A program made the position numbers and the translations under genes. A stretch of DNA of 64,000 bases from the human T2T-CHM13v2.0 reference genome, Homo sapiens. Of this stretch, positions 42,245 through 55,290 are shown in pieces. The DNA lies in contig CP068257.2 in the NCBI GenBank assembly GCA_009914755.4, forward strand, positions 15,136,001 through 15,200,000. The letters are read 5' to 3'. Below the pieces are notes generated by a model, which was not told the DNA's origin, did no database searches, and saw nothing but the letters and a program-made list of their open reading frames with translations. How positions within the stretch are numbered: the first letter of the stretch is position 1; each line of letters begins with the position of its first letter.

Positions 42245-42525
42245 GACAGAATCTCACTTTTTTCACCCAGGCTAAAGTGGAGTGGCACGATTTTGGCTCA
42301 CTTCAGTCTTGACCGCCTGGACTCAAGTGATCCTCCCGCCTCAACCCCTAAGTAACTGGGACTACAGATGTGTGCCACCACTCCTGGCTAATTTTTGTAT
42401 TTTTTTGTAGAAAGGGGGTTTCGCCATGTTGCCCAGGCTGGTCTCAAACTCCTGATCTCAATTGATCCACCAACCTCGGCCTCCCAAAGTACTAGGATGT
42501 CAGGCATGAGCCACTGCACCCGGCC
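42245..42525 (-). mobile_element. Alu SINE, minus orientation. Its A-tail, seen as poly-T/TTC on the + strand, is the expanded GAA·TTC tract.
   Basis: gacagaatctcacttttttcacccaggctaaagtggagtggcacgattttggctcacttcagtcttgaccgcctggactcaagtgatcctcccgcctcaacccctaagtaactgggactacagatgtgtgccaccactcctggctaatttttgtatttttttgtagaaagggggtttcgccatgttgcccaggctggtctcaaactcctgatctcaattgatccaccaacctcggcctcccaaagtactaggatgtcaggcatgagccactgcacccggcc. Confidence 0.9.
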
Positions 42526-44649
42526 ACATTCTAAGGAAGATAAGAACACTGTACTGAAGTTGCTGAAAGATCTGGCTAATATGTTTTGGTAGGAGTAGGT
42601 ATGTAACTGGGTCCTGAGGGTTCTGGATCAAAGGGGCAAAAAATAAAGTTGAAGATGAAAGAAACACGTATGAATATAGGTCCAGTCTATAGATCTTAAT
42701 ACCATGTCAAGCACCACTGGAGATGGTCTTTGCTAGGAAGGTCTTTGAAAGCTAGGAGAAAGTAATGATTCATAAAAATGGGGGAAAATGCTAGAAAATA
42801 TTATGACAAATAGAGAAGGAGGGGGTCAAAAGACAAAAACAGAGCATGCTATTATAGAACGGATACTATCTAAGGTCAGAAAACTCTACAGACCACAATG
42901 TTCATTGGAATGGTCCAGAGGATACTTCATTTATTACAGCAATAGGGATTGTGCTGATGAGAGGGATAGTGGCATTGCTGAGAAGCTGAGTGGTGGGGAT
43001 CACCTGTAGGTCAGGGTAAAAGGAGGAGAAGCTGTCACAGAACTAAACTTCCTGATAATAATGAAGATAACAGGATTGTGAAAAACCAGTGTTAGGGCAG
43101 TGCCATGAACTGTCAGAAGCATGGCGCATGCAATCATTGCATTAAGTGAGAAGATTGAAATAGTAGCCAGGGGGGCTGATCAGCAAAGCTATGAATATGG
43201 CAAATGAAACATAGTATCCCTAGAAATACTGACAAGAAATACATGCTTAGGTTTTGTTTAAGGAATCAAAACTATATGTATGTTCAGGAGCTGGTGGGTG
43301 GAAGCCCCAACAAAAATCATGATCTCTTATCAAAGCCACAGTGCATAGAACACGACAGCAAACATATTCAGTAGTAATTTCTTCCATCTTTCCCAAAAGG
43401 GACCTATGGCCATTTGCTCAGGCAATCATGTAAATTAAGTCTGAATTGACATTGGTATTCAGGGACCCAAGCACCACTATTGCACCCTGTAAAGAGTAGG
43501 GGTGTGGGAGGTGCCAGATGATAACTAAAATATTGGCCCATATGAGGATTAAGTGATCCACTGGGTCCACAGACTTGTCCAGTGATAATTTGCCCAGTCC
43601 CTGAATGCATAATTGGAATAGACATACTGATTATTAGCAAAACCTGCACACTGGTTACTTGATCTGTGAAATAACTCTCTTAAGAAAGACAACTGGAAAC
43701 TTCTAAAAGTGTGACACTTCTTTTCAAAACAATACAACATTACAGAGGAAATTCAGAAATTAGTGCTACCCTCAAAAACTTAAAGAATGCAACTTGTGGC
43801 TCCTTTCATACCACAATTTAATTCACCAGATTGACTCTTTAAAAAAAAAAACAACAACAACAAAAGATGAACCGTAACAGATGACCATGGATTATTGAAA
43901 ACTGACCCAAGGAGTACTCCAATTTTCAGCCTCTGCCATATTGTTGATAGAGCAGATTAACATAGACTCTAGCTACAGAATGTGGCCATTGACTGCACCT
44001 GCATTCTTTTCTATCCCAATAAAGAAGGAGATCAAGAAGAAGATCATTTTCATGTAGGATGAACAACAGTACACATTTTCTGTCTTGGCCAAGAGCAATA
44101 TTAATTTTCCCTCCCTCTGACATAATATAGTCTGAAAGAACTAGACCATCAAGGGCATCTAGCAGAATATCACACAGGTCCACTAAATAGATGACATCAT
44201 GCTAGTCAAACCAAGTGAGACAAAACTGGCAAGTACATTGGAAACATTAAGACATACGTGCCAGAGAGGACAGGAGATAAACCCTCCTAAGATGCAGGGG
44301 CCCTCCACACCAGTAAAGAAGTTTTTAGGATTCCAGAGGACTGGAAAATGCCAAGACATTCTCTCTAAAGTAAAAAATAAATGATTTTCTCTTAAAACTT
44401 CTACCACTCAGAAGCAACACGATAATTGACAGGCCTCTTTGGAGTCTTTGGAATATAAAAGAAGTAAATTTAACAATTTAGAATACTGTTTCAATACTAA
44501 AAAAAGAAATAAAAATAAAACAAAAGAATACTGTTTCAATCCATTTACTGGATGACATAGAAGCCTGCTGGTATTGCGTGGACTCATCCTAATACAGATA
44601 CAGAAAGGAGTCTGTATCTGTATTAGGTGTTCTTGCTTTGCTAATGTGA

Positions 44650-44766
44650 GATATATATACATATATCTGATATATATATCTGGCTCATATATATCAGATA
44701 TTATAGATATAGATAGATAGAGATATAGATATAGATACAGATATATAGATATAGATATATATCAGA
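44650..44766. repeat. (GATA)n/(TATC)n plus (TA)n compound microsatellite, imperfect.
   Basis: atatatatacatatatctgatatatatatctggctcatatatatcagatattatagatatagatagatagagatatagatatagatacagatatatagatatagatatatatcag. Confidence 0.85.
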
Positions 44767-45448
<682 letters not shown>

Positions 45449-45614
45449 GCATCAGACCAAGACTGCAGTTCAAACAGCCCTTCCACTTGGAACACATTAA
45501 CTAGAAGACCATGGTACTAGAGGTTATCTGTGGTGGAAAAAAAAATCTGTCATATGAAGTTTACATCCAGCTTTTATAGAAAATCACAATCATATGCTCT
45601 GTAAAACCCACCGC

Positions 45615-45946
45615 TATGGTCTGAATATGTTGCCCCAAAATTCATGTTGAAATCCTAACCCCAAGATGATGGTATTAGGAGTTGGAGCCTTTTAGAAGGT
45701 GATTAGGTCACAAGAGTGGGGTTGTCATGAATGAAATTAGTACCGTTATGAAACAGGCCCAGGAGGCTTATTCATCCTTTCCATCATGTGAGGGCACAGT
45801 GAGAAGTCACTATCTATAAAGTAGGAAATGGGCTGTCTCCAGACACTGAATCTGGACATTCCAGAACAGGGAGAAATAATTTTCTGTTGTTTATAAACCA
45901 TTCAGTTAATGGTATTTTGTTATAGTAGCTCAAATGGACTAAGACA
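45615..45946 (+). mobile_element. Solitary MaLR-type LTR (same family as 28089-28452), plus orientation.
   Basis: tatggtctgaatatgttgccccaaaattcatgttgaaatcctaaccccaagatgatggtattaggagttggagccttttagaaggtgattaggtcacaagagtggggttgtcatgaatgaaattag…ttccatcatgtgagggcacagtgagaag…ggtattttgttatagtagctcaaatggactaagaca. It is collinear with the 28089-28452 copy throughout. Confidence 0.7.
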
Positions 45947-48036
45947 TACACCAAGTAATAAGACAGATAAGACTTTGTAACATTGATAAATCAGAGATTG
46001 GGCAAAAAGAAAGCCAAAGGGCATGAATAAAGTGTGAAAAGAGGAATAAACAATGTAAGAATACACATTCATGGGCAGTGGTTCATCTGATTTTTTCAGG
46101 GTCTTGAAAAGAGACAAATTGTAAGACTGGGGACAAGAAGTTCTGATGAAGTGGTAAGAGACTGCGTAAAAGAGGAAATTACGTGTGAATACTTTTATGC
46201 CATTTGTCAATTCTTTCCAGAGAGCATCTACTATTAAAGACTCTAAAGAATCAAGTGGACAATATATGTCATTACCAGTTTACATCAGCCAATCCCTGTT
46301 ATCAGCCACTGTGTTTAAACAATAGGTGTATGAACAAGTGGCCAAGACAGCATAGAGGGTATGCATAGACCCCATGCGATGGGCTCCCCTAAACAATTCT
46401 ATCTTATCTAGCTACTGTCCCTGCTGAATACCCAATGTGCCAGCAACAGAGACCAAAGCTGAGTCTCCGTATTATTGGATGGCTGAGACCACCCAATCAT
46501 CTACTTTATGGCAAGTTGACTACCCTGGAAGCAACAGAAAATCACCGTGCCTTGTATTGACAAACATTTTTTATTACATGTTTATTTTTTCTCCTCAGAG
46601 GGCTACATTTAATATGAGTTTTGAGGACTTCCAGAGTATTTAGCCACCAAAATGGGACCCCATATAGCATTGCCCAGAGTTTAAAAAATAAAAAATACTG
46701 CATTAGAATAAAAGTGGTGTATAAATAGACACACAGCTGTGGGGTCTACTTATTCTGTCACACATTGCACAACCCAGAATTTGTCAATCTGATAGTCTGG
46801 CATGTTTGCTTCTTTAAAACACAGCTAAGATTCCATCTGTAAGTTGATACTCTCTACCTGAAAAACCCTCATCCTGGATCAACCTTATTACTTTCATATT
46901 TAGCATTTGCAATTAAGCTGTGGAAAGACAGTGCAGAATAGGACAATTTTGTTTCATTATAAATTCACAATCACCATAGAAAAGGAACTCTTAAGATAGC
47001 ACAAAAACTTCTGGTCAATTTTATCTCCTAAAAATATCTCTTTGTCCATTCTTTTCTTATGCCCTTTAATCCATACTCAAAGTTTTCATTACCACCTGTA
47101 CATAGAAGACTCTCAACTTTTATTCCTAGCTCAAGATCCACATATACGATGGTGTCTTCAACATCTCCACTTAGGTAGCTCAATGTAGCAAGATTTTATA
47201 TCCATGCTTTTCCTTCCTGCTGGCCCTCAGTCTGGTCTTCTGTGTTTCTTTTACCTCCAAACAACATCACCACGTATATGCCGATGAGAAACCCAATATA
47301 TGCTTGAAATTTGCCTTTTTATCACCTATCATATCTAATCTATTACAATTCTTTTAAAATTATACATTTTTGTCTCCCTGGAACACCTACTATCTTTTTC
47401 CACTGCAGCAATTTATGTGAAGTCACAAAACATTAGCGTGCTGGTACTCAGTGCAGTATTAATGAGTTATTACCTCATAAAATTAAAGATGAGCACGTTT
47501 CACTCTTCTTAGGAAATGTCTCGCAGAATAATTTGGGGGTAAACACTCATTTGGGGTGGAAAGGAGTCATATTACATAAACAAAATAACCATTTGAAATA
47601 CATGTGATTTCCAGTTGAAAATGTGTATTTAAATTATGGCTTCAAAGAAGATGGAACTTTGATCACTTTATCTTTTAAAGATGTTTATGTTTCTATATAT
47701 AGTTATATAAATATAAATCTAGTTTTATAGAAGTGATCGCTACAGCAAGTACTTTTCAGGAACGATAGGCTATAAAATAAATACCTCATCAAAAGGATTT
47801 GCTCAAAGCTACAAATAAAATCACGGCACAATTATCTCTAAAGAACCCAAATCGAAGGTGGATGGGTGAGTGACATAAGTGGCAATAATTCTGGTGTGTG
47901 GAATAGTGTAATGGCAGTAAGGCTATAAAAATATACCCAAGTGTCTGACTTTATCAAAATGTACTTTATAGAAGCTTTTCATTTTTATATTTTAAAATCT
48001 AAATAACTCGTTTAAAGTTGTTGATTTATATGATGC

Positions 48037-48343
48037 TTTTTTTTTTTTTTTTTTTTTTGAGACAGAGACTCGCTCGTCGCCCAGGCTGGAGTGCAGTGGC
48101 ACGATCTAGGCTCACTGCAAGCTCTGCCTCCTGGGTTCACACTATTCTCTTGCCTCAGCCTCCCAAGTAGCTAGGACTACAGGTGCCCGCCACCACACCC
48201 TGCTAATTTTTTTTTTTTTTTTTTTTTTTTGTATTTTTAGTAAAGACGGGGTTTCACCCTGTTAGCCAGGATGGTCTCGATCTCCTGACCTTGTGATCCG
48301 CCCGTCTCGGCCTCCCAAAGTGCTGGGATTACAGGGGTGAACC
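48037..48343 (-). mobile_element. AluY-like SINE, minus orientation, 5'-truncated by ~13 bp. It has a 22-nt pure A-tail and is flanked by a perfect 14 bp target-site duplication tatatgatgctttt.
   Basis: tttttttttttttttttttttgagacagagactcgctcgtcgcccaggctggagtgcagtggcacgatctaggctcactgcaagctctgcctcctgggttcacactattctcttgcctcagcctcccaagtagctaggactacaggtgcccgccaccacaccctgctaattttttt(T24)gtatttttagtaaagacggggtttcaccctgttagccaggatggtctcgatctcctgaccttgtgatccgcccgtctcggcctcccaaagtgctgggattacaggggtgaacc. The target-site duplication is at 48027-48040 and 48346-48359. Confidence 0.9.
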
Positions 48344-51300
48344 ATATATGATGCTTTTATAAACATATTATTTATTTTAGACTTTCAGCAGCCTTGGTGA
48401 CATACATGCTTTCCACTTTAACGTGTTGCCTAGTACTTTTTTTCTTAAAATTTGAGAAAAGAATAAGAGCTTGATGTAATCCCTGCTTCAACATTTTTTT
48501 GCTGCATAACTTTGGGTAATGTTGATAACGCATCGCACTTCTCTGAGCCTTGGTTTCCAGCTGTATAGTTGGAACAATGGGAATGCTAATGCTTACCTCA
48601 AGCTGGTTATTGTGAGGGTAAAAAATGTAAAAGATTCCTAACAGTCATTACTTAGGCACTCAATAAGTAGTAGCTCTCAATGACATTAATATTGATCTTT
48701 TGTTTTTGAGCCTTTGCTTATGATCATGGGTAAAATTATACTGTTTAATTTTGCAAAGCCAAAAAATATAATTTATAGGAATAAAATGAGATCAAAGCTT
48801 AAGTAGTTTTATTATTATCTATAGAAGGCAGTGGTTTCTAAGGTTATTTTATTAGACAGAGATAATTTGGGACATGAATTTGAATCTATTGAATGAAGCA
48901 GTGAGAGTTCAAGTGCAACATTTTATGGCAGATAACTGATAAATGAAAATTTAAATTCGGGAATGTTGAAATTGAATAGAACCATTGGGACAACATAAAC
49001 CATGATTTTTCAGAATGTAACACTTGAGCCTAAAGAAGTTAATTAATTTCACATAATCACATAACAGATTAGCAAAAGAGAAAGTAAAAAATATATTTTT
49101 AAACTCCAGTCTTAGGCTGTTTTTAATGCTGCATAATGAAATGAAGAGAAAATTAATTTCCAGGTTATTTCCTTATTTTATAGGCAGAGTGCTTTGGATA
49201 GAAAATGTCTAAATTCTTTTTATATCATCACAGAGATATAAATCATTGGCTGTGCTTGCAAACATCATTCTACGTATCTGTAAGTATTCCTGGAGAAACT
49301 TAGGTGTTGGCTAAGCTTCTGGGTAAAACTTTTTAACTGCACTCACTTATTAGTTATGACCTGGAGGAAATGCATAAGCTTCATTCAGCATGCTGTTCCA
49401 GTGAGAATAGTCACTTCACAATATAGATCCTGTTTGTGTGCTTGGTGTAGAAACATATGTGGCCATGACCCTTGCCCTCTAAGAGTACATGGTCTAATGA
49501 AGAGGAAACCCATAAATGGATCAATGCAATTCAATAAAGAAGGTGCAGAAATATGGGTATAAAGGAGGTATTATGACAGTACCTAGCAGCAATATTTACC
49601 TGTGGTCAAATTACTACTGACTAACAGATTTTCTGGTCAAGAAATTGCAGAAACAATAGCCAGATGTCTATGCAGATGGTAATAAGACTACCATCACCTT
49701 AACTTGCTTCCATTAGCAAAAAGGGCTGTTGGGAAATAGTACTCTGTTTTCAGAAAAACAAAAATATGTAATAACATTACCATAACCGTGTATCATTTCT
49801 GTATACTCCTTTGAGAAAACAGAGTGAGAATCTGTTTTCTAAACTTCCAGCTAGCAAGATTTATACTTCCACCTTCAGAAAACACACCCAACTTCAATCA
49901 AAAAAAGGTTATTTTCCATACTTCCTTTCTTTCACAATATGAAAAGAAATTCTAAGCAAGAACAAGAAAGAAAGTCAGGCAGCTGTTTGGACCATTACTG
50001 AATAATCATGGTGCTCAGCACTATTGTTTCCTTTTAATGTTAATTTAAAATATGCCAGGCTCTGTCAAACACACTGGTAAATGCAGCATTTTAAGGAAAC
50101 TTTGGGCTGAAACACATAATATTTTATTTCAAAGAAATAAAAGGAAAGCAACCAGATGCCACATTATAATTTCCTGTCGGTTTGCAGGGAAGTAGCAGTC
50201 CATTATTCTGGAGTAGAAAAAAATAGTGAATGGGATGTTCTAGAACCTCCCTGAATCAGTTATATCTCATGAAATCACCACAGTAAACAAATGTAATTAT
50301 TTTTCCTAGAGCCAACATTGTAGCCTTCTTGCAGAGATTTGTGCTCTTTGTGAGGTTCTTTTATTATGACAAAATAACAATAAATGACACCATGTAATAG
50401 CTAATAACATTGTTATGTCCCTTTATTATTTTTTCAGCATGACGAAATGTAACAAAGTATTAACATTCATCTAAATCAAAAGATAATTCATTTGAAAGTT
50501 TTCAAAATTTTGTTGTTTGATATTTTATCTTAATTGAAGCCTTTTAGAATCCATCAAAATCAGTGTATGTCTAAGCTCTTCAGTCAATATTTTTGTCAAA
50601 AACATTCATTTATATGTTATACTTAACAATCATTACATTCTTTATAAAAGGTATCGGTAAAGGAATTAAGTACAAAGAAAAAAACTGGTTAAGGAAGATT
50701 TGAACCAGAAAGTAAATAGGAAATGTTTTCCCCAAATGATCTTCCCTTGTATAGTCAGGATGAACGGAAGATTGGGCAAAAGACATAAATCTTAAATTTG
50801 AAAGGAATGAAAAAATACGAGGGTAGAAAGCAACACACAGCCTGAGTTGAAAATCGGGTTTGCTTTTGAAATTAAGATTTGAGTAAAAAGAAAAATAATG
50901 CCTTTTCTTGGATAACTCAGTTGTTAATTTAACAATATGCATAAACCATCTACATATGCTACACGGTGTTCTAATCTATGTAGGTTCAGGAAAAAATAAA
51001 ACCCCAATTCCTGCTTTATGGACTTTATAGTATAGTGGGTGGACAGAGACAATAAAGAAATTGAATACATTCCACTATGTCCGGGAATTATAAAAACAGC
51101 AAAAAAAGTGAACTCCGGGAATTGAGGGTCTGGGTAGGAGTGTGTAGATACTGTGGTCTAGGAAGACCTCTCTAACGAGATACTCAAATAAAGTGAGGGA
51201 GTGAGGTTTGCTGATTTATGAAGTGAATGGAGATTAAGAGCTTCCTCTTATGGGAACCAAAGAAATATGGAAGTTTATATGTAACAATTTTCAAAATAGG

Positions 51301-53589
51301 AATCAAATACAAACAAGGAACAGGTAAGAGGACATTTCAGCATTTGTCAAAAAATGGATATATCCATATGACTAAATAAAGATTTAAAAATTAGGCTGTG
51401 AATAAAAATTAGGTTGTGGAAAAACAAAGTTTTATAGATGTAATAATGGAATTAAATTATACATACATTAAAGTAATATCAAAATTAAAATATTTCTATA
51501 TATGTACATAAACTTATATATAAATAAAAATAAAGGACTATATAATATATATAAATGGAAATGAGGCATATTTTTGTGCCTTCGGAGCCAATGATCATCT
51601 TCCTAATAAGGATATCAAAATTAATTCTTGAAGAATGTGTGTGCTGATTTGTTTTCAGACTATTGTTTTCCTACCCTCTTGAGAAACTTTAAAATATGTT
51701 ATTTTTTTCATCTTTAAAAAACATGCAGTGTGAGGTTGAGAGACAGAGTAGCTTGTTCTCAGCAGCTGTGCAATGCTAACATGTTGTGAATATTCAACAA
51801 ATATTAAGTGACATTGAAATATGAATTGATGGATAATGAATCACTTTAGGGAATTATTCTGCCAAAATGTTTTGGAAGATCTATGAAATGTTTGACAAAT
51901 CCAAAAGATCTTAAGCTTTGCCTTTGCTGAGATTTATTTATTTATTTATTTGGAGGGATGGGGAGACAGGTTCTTATTTTTCATCTGGCTCATTATGTCC
52001 TTCTGTTAGAGAGTAATTCATGTTCAAATCATATTACTTTAACTTTTGTTAAGCAATTGATTTCTCAGTGGTTATATAATTGGAAAAACAGAACATCTAG
52101 AAAAATTGCCTCTTTTTATTAAGTAGAGAAATAAAATTGATTAAGCAGAAACTTAATTATAGTAATGGACTGACCCAGACGTGGTGAATGAGCACCAGGA
52201 CAAGACACAAATGTTGCATTTAGAGAGTTTATACCTAACGGCATTATCTTTAGCATTACTTAAGTAAGGGGAAAAAATCCATAGCTTATAAAATAATTTT
52301 TCCTCTATTTTCTTCTGTTACATGCAAGTTAACAGGATCTTTGTCTAAGATCTATATGGCTATTTTAACATAATAATTATTTAAAAATTATCTCTCTTTA
52401 AATACCAAGTAATTTTAGCCTACTCTCGGCTCCTTTAACATCCCAGCCACATTTGTTCTGTGTATACTAATCACTGTAGTTACATAAAGCTTCTTATAAT
52501 GCCTGTAATATGAAAAATTGTATGGATTAGTCAGGATTCTTAAAGTTGAAAATTAGAAAAGCCAGCTTAAGGAAAAAGAGGTGACTGCTCATTAGAATAT
52601 GGGGATTTATAATAGTAAAGAAAATAATGCAGCCGAACGTCAGATAGGGCAGGACGCAGCAGTAAAAGACTGTTGGCAACTGGATCATTCTTTCACAATT
52701 TCTTGATCCTGTTTCTCTCTGTGCATTGGCTTTATCCTTCTCTTTTGTCAGACTGCTTTTTTTTTCTTTTTTCTTCTACTCAATCCACATGATGGCAGAA
52801 AAATAAAACAGATACCGTCATATATGGTAGAATTCAAGCCATATGAAGATATGAACTCTTTTGATCTTAATTCCTAATTCTCAAGGAAGTGACTTGAGCC
52901 CAGACAGGGTAGAATGTACAATTATTTTAAGAGGCCATTGCATAAATATGGCAGCTAAGTGCTAACTGTATGGCTATCAGTAGGTCTGAAGTGGATGTGT
53001 GTAATTAAGTGGATCGTTGTGAGTTGGAAGATATTCAACAGAGTCCACTATGTCACATAAGTGAAGTTCTGTCTAAAAGTGTCCTTCTCAAGTACTTTAC
53101 TTTTCATACTAACTATAATTTTTAGGACAACATCTTCATGGTTCAAAATCAATTTTTCAATCTATCTCTTAAATCATGTTAAAAGAGAAATGATCAACAA
53201 AGCAATTCTCCTAGATATAGCTATAAAATGGAAAAAATTATTAACATAATTACCTGCAGGTTCAGGAAACTGAAGTATGACAAGCAGATTTGGGAGTAGA
53301 GACAAGACTTGGGGAAAACAATCACGAGAACAGGGTGACTGCCTCATTTTTTGTGTGTTTTGTTTTGCAGCTTTGCCCTGAATGGAGCCACAGTCACAGT
53401 GGCATGGTGTAGGGATAGCTCAAACTCTGGTAGAAAGTCCACTGGCTTACTGGCTACCAGAAATAGGGCAAGAAACAGGGCAACCAGAGTCTCCAGAGAG
53501 TGATAGGAGAACATCAGAAATGAGAGAGTTAGAGGAAGAGAACCCCAATGTTTGCATTTAAACTCCACACAGAGACTGGGGCACAAACT

Positions 53590-55290
53590 GTGACTAACCA
53601 TTCAACCACATATTGAATGGGAAAAAATGGAAACCAGCTCACAGCTATAATTCAAGGAATTGAATTGAGATCAAAACTGCAGCCCACCGCAGACATACCT
53701 GTTTGCACTTTGAGTCTAACCAAGTTAATCTCTTGCTAAAACAAAAGCATCAACACTTTTTGGAACAATATACAGAATCCAGATTCTCCACAACCTAATA
53801 TTCAGAATGTCCAGGATACAGTCCAATATTATTCACATACAAACAGCCAGGAAAATGTGATACAGTTTCAGGGGAAAAGACTATAAACAGATGACAACAG
53901 ATGAGGTTAGCAGATGTTGAAATTATTAGACAAGTATTTAAAGAAGCAGTTATAATTTTTCACAGTGACATAAAGAATATAGACTTGCATTGAGTGAAAT
54001 AATATATCTGCAAATATTTAAAAAATTGAAAATTTTAGAGCTAAAGATCTTAGTATTTAAAATAAAAAATCCACTGGGTAGGCTTAAGAGGCTACTGGAA
54101 ATGGAGATAAAAGGGTCAGTAAATCTGAAAACATATTAAAAGGAAGCAACCAATATAAAGAATGGTAATCCCCCCCAACATACTTATTAATTTCAAAGGG
54201 AAAAGGGTAGCTTTATAGTGGGGAGACAGTAAGCCACAACTTAACAAAGTGATTGAGTTGATATCACCAGTAATGAGACATAGTGATACCTTCTGCCTTC
54301 TAATATGATACACTGGAAAGGGTACAGTGTTACTTCTATGGTTTCCTTTATAAAAATGAATAACTGAATTTAACACGGGGAAACATCAGACAAACCAAAG
54401 TTGAGAAATATTCTACATAACAACTGGCCAGTACTTTTCAAACGTGTCAAGGGCATGAATAATAAAGACTGAAGACCTCTTCCAGAATGAGAGATTAACT
54501 GCAGTGTATGGCCCTGTATTGAATGGTGAGTCAGAAAGAGAACACTATAGGGCAAAAGATGAAACTTGAATAAAGCCTACACATTAGTTGGTAGTGTGTT
54601 ATCAATGTTACTAGTGAGATTTTGCAAATTGTATGTGCTTATGAATGTATTGTTAAGAAATTCATTTTCTTTAAATAAATTTGTAATTCTAATGCAATCT
54701 AACTCAAAACCCCAGCATGTTTTTTTTTGCAGAAATTGACAAGTTGATTCAAAAATTTATGTAAAAACCAAATGAACAAGAATAGACTCTTTTAAAAAAG
54801 AGAAAAAATGGCGGAACTTAAATGATCTCATTTTATGACTTACTACAAATAAATAGTAATAAAAGAGGGTGGTATTGGAGAAAAAAATAGACAGATAAAT
54901 AAATGGAAGACAATAGATAGCCCAGAAATAGTTCCAAATATAACTGGCTGATTGATTTTTGAAAAAAGTATTAAAGAATTTCAATGGGGGAAAGAAATGC
55001 TGTTTCCAAAATGATGTTGCAACAACTTGATATTTATATGGAATAAAATAGACATTGAATTTTACCTAACACTGTATACAACTTTTAGCTAAAAGAATTT
55101 CATAATTACTATCAAAACTAGGAAACTCCTAAAAGAAATAAAGGAAAAAGTTATTTGTCTTCTTGAGATGAGCCAATATGTCTTCCATGGAATACAAAAT
55201 GCTTGAATAATTTTTTTCAGAAAGGATCAATTAGACTTGATCAAAGTTAAGACATGAAGCTTCATAATGGGGATCAAGTATATATTTATA
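53590..55290 (+). mobile_element. Fragments of an ancient L1. There is an ORF1-like segment at ~53590-54170 and an ORF2-like segment at ~54780-55290. Both are highly degenerate.
   Basis: 54880-55250 (…atagcccagaaatagttccaaatataactggctgattgatttttgaaaaaagtattaaagaatttcaatgggggaaagaaatgctgtttccaaaatgatgttgcaacaacttgatatttatatgg…cctaacactgtatacaacttttagctaaaagaatttcataattactatcaaaactaggaaactcctaaaagaaata…) parallels L1M ORF2 (…agagcccagaaataaacccacacatctatggtcaattgatttttgacaagggtgccaagacaattcaatggggaaaggatagtcttttcaacaaatggtgctgggacaactggatatccacatgcaaaagaatgaagttggacccttacctcacaccatatacaaaaattaactcaaaatgg…ctcttagaagaaaacatagg). The 54000-54170 block resembles the L1 ORF1 coiled-coil region. Confidence 0.35.

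Noticed and set aside
42057-42355. ORFs encoding poly-K/E (− strand) and poly-S/P/F (+ strand) proteins
   Set aside because: These are pure translation artefacts of the GAA·TTC triplet tract.
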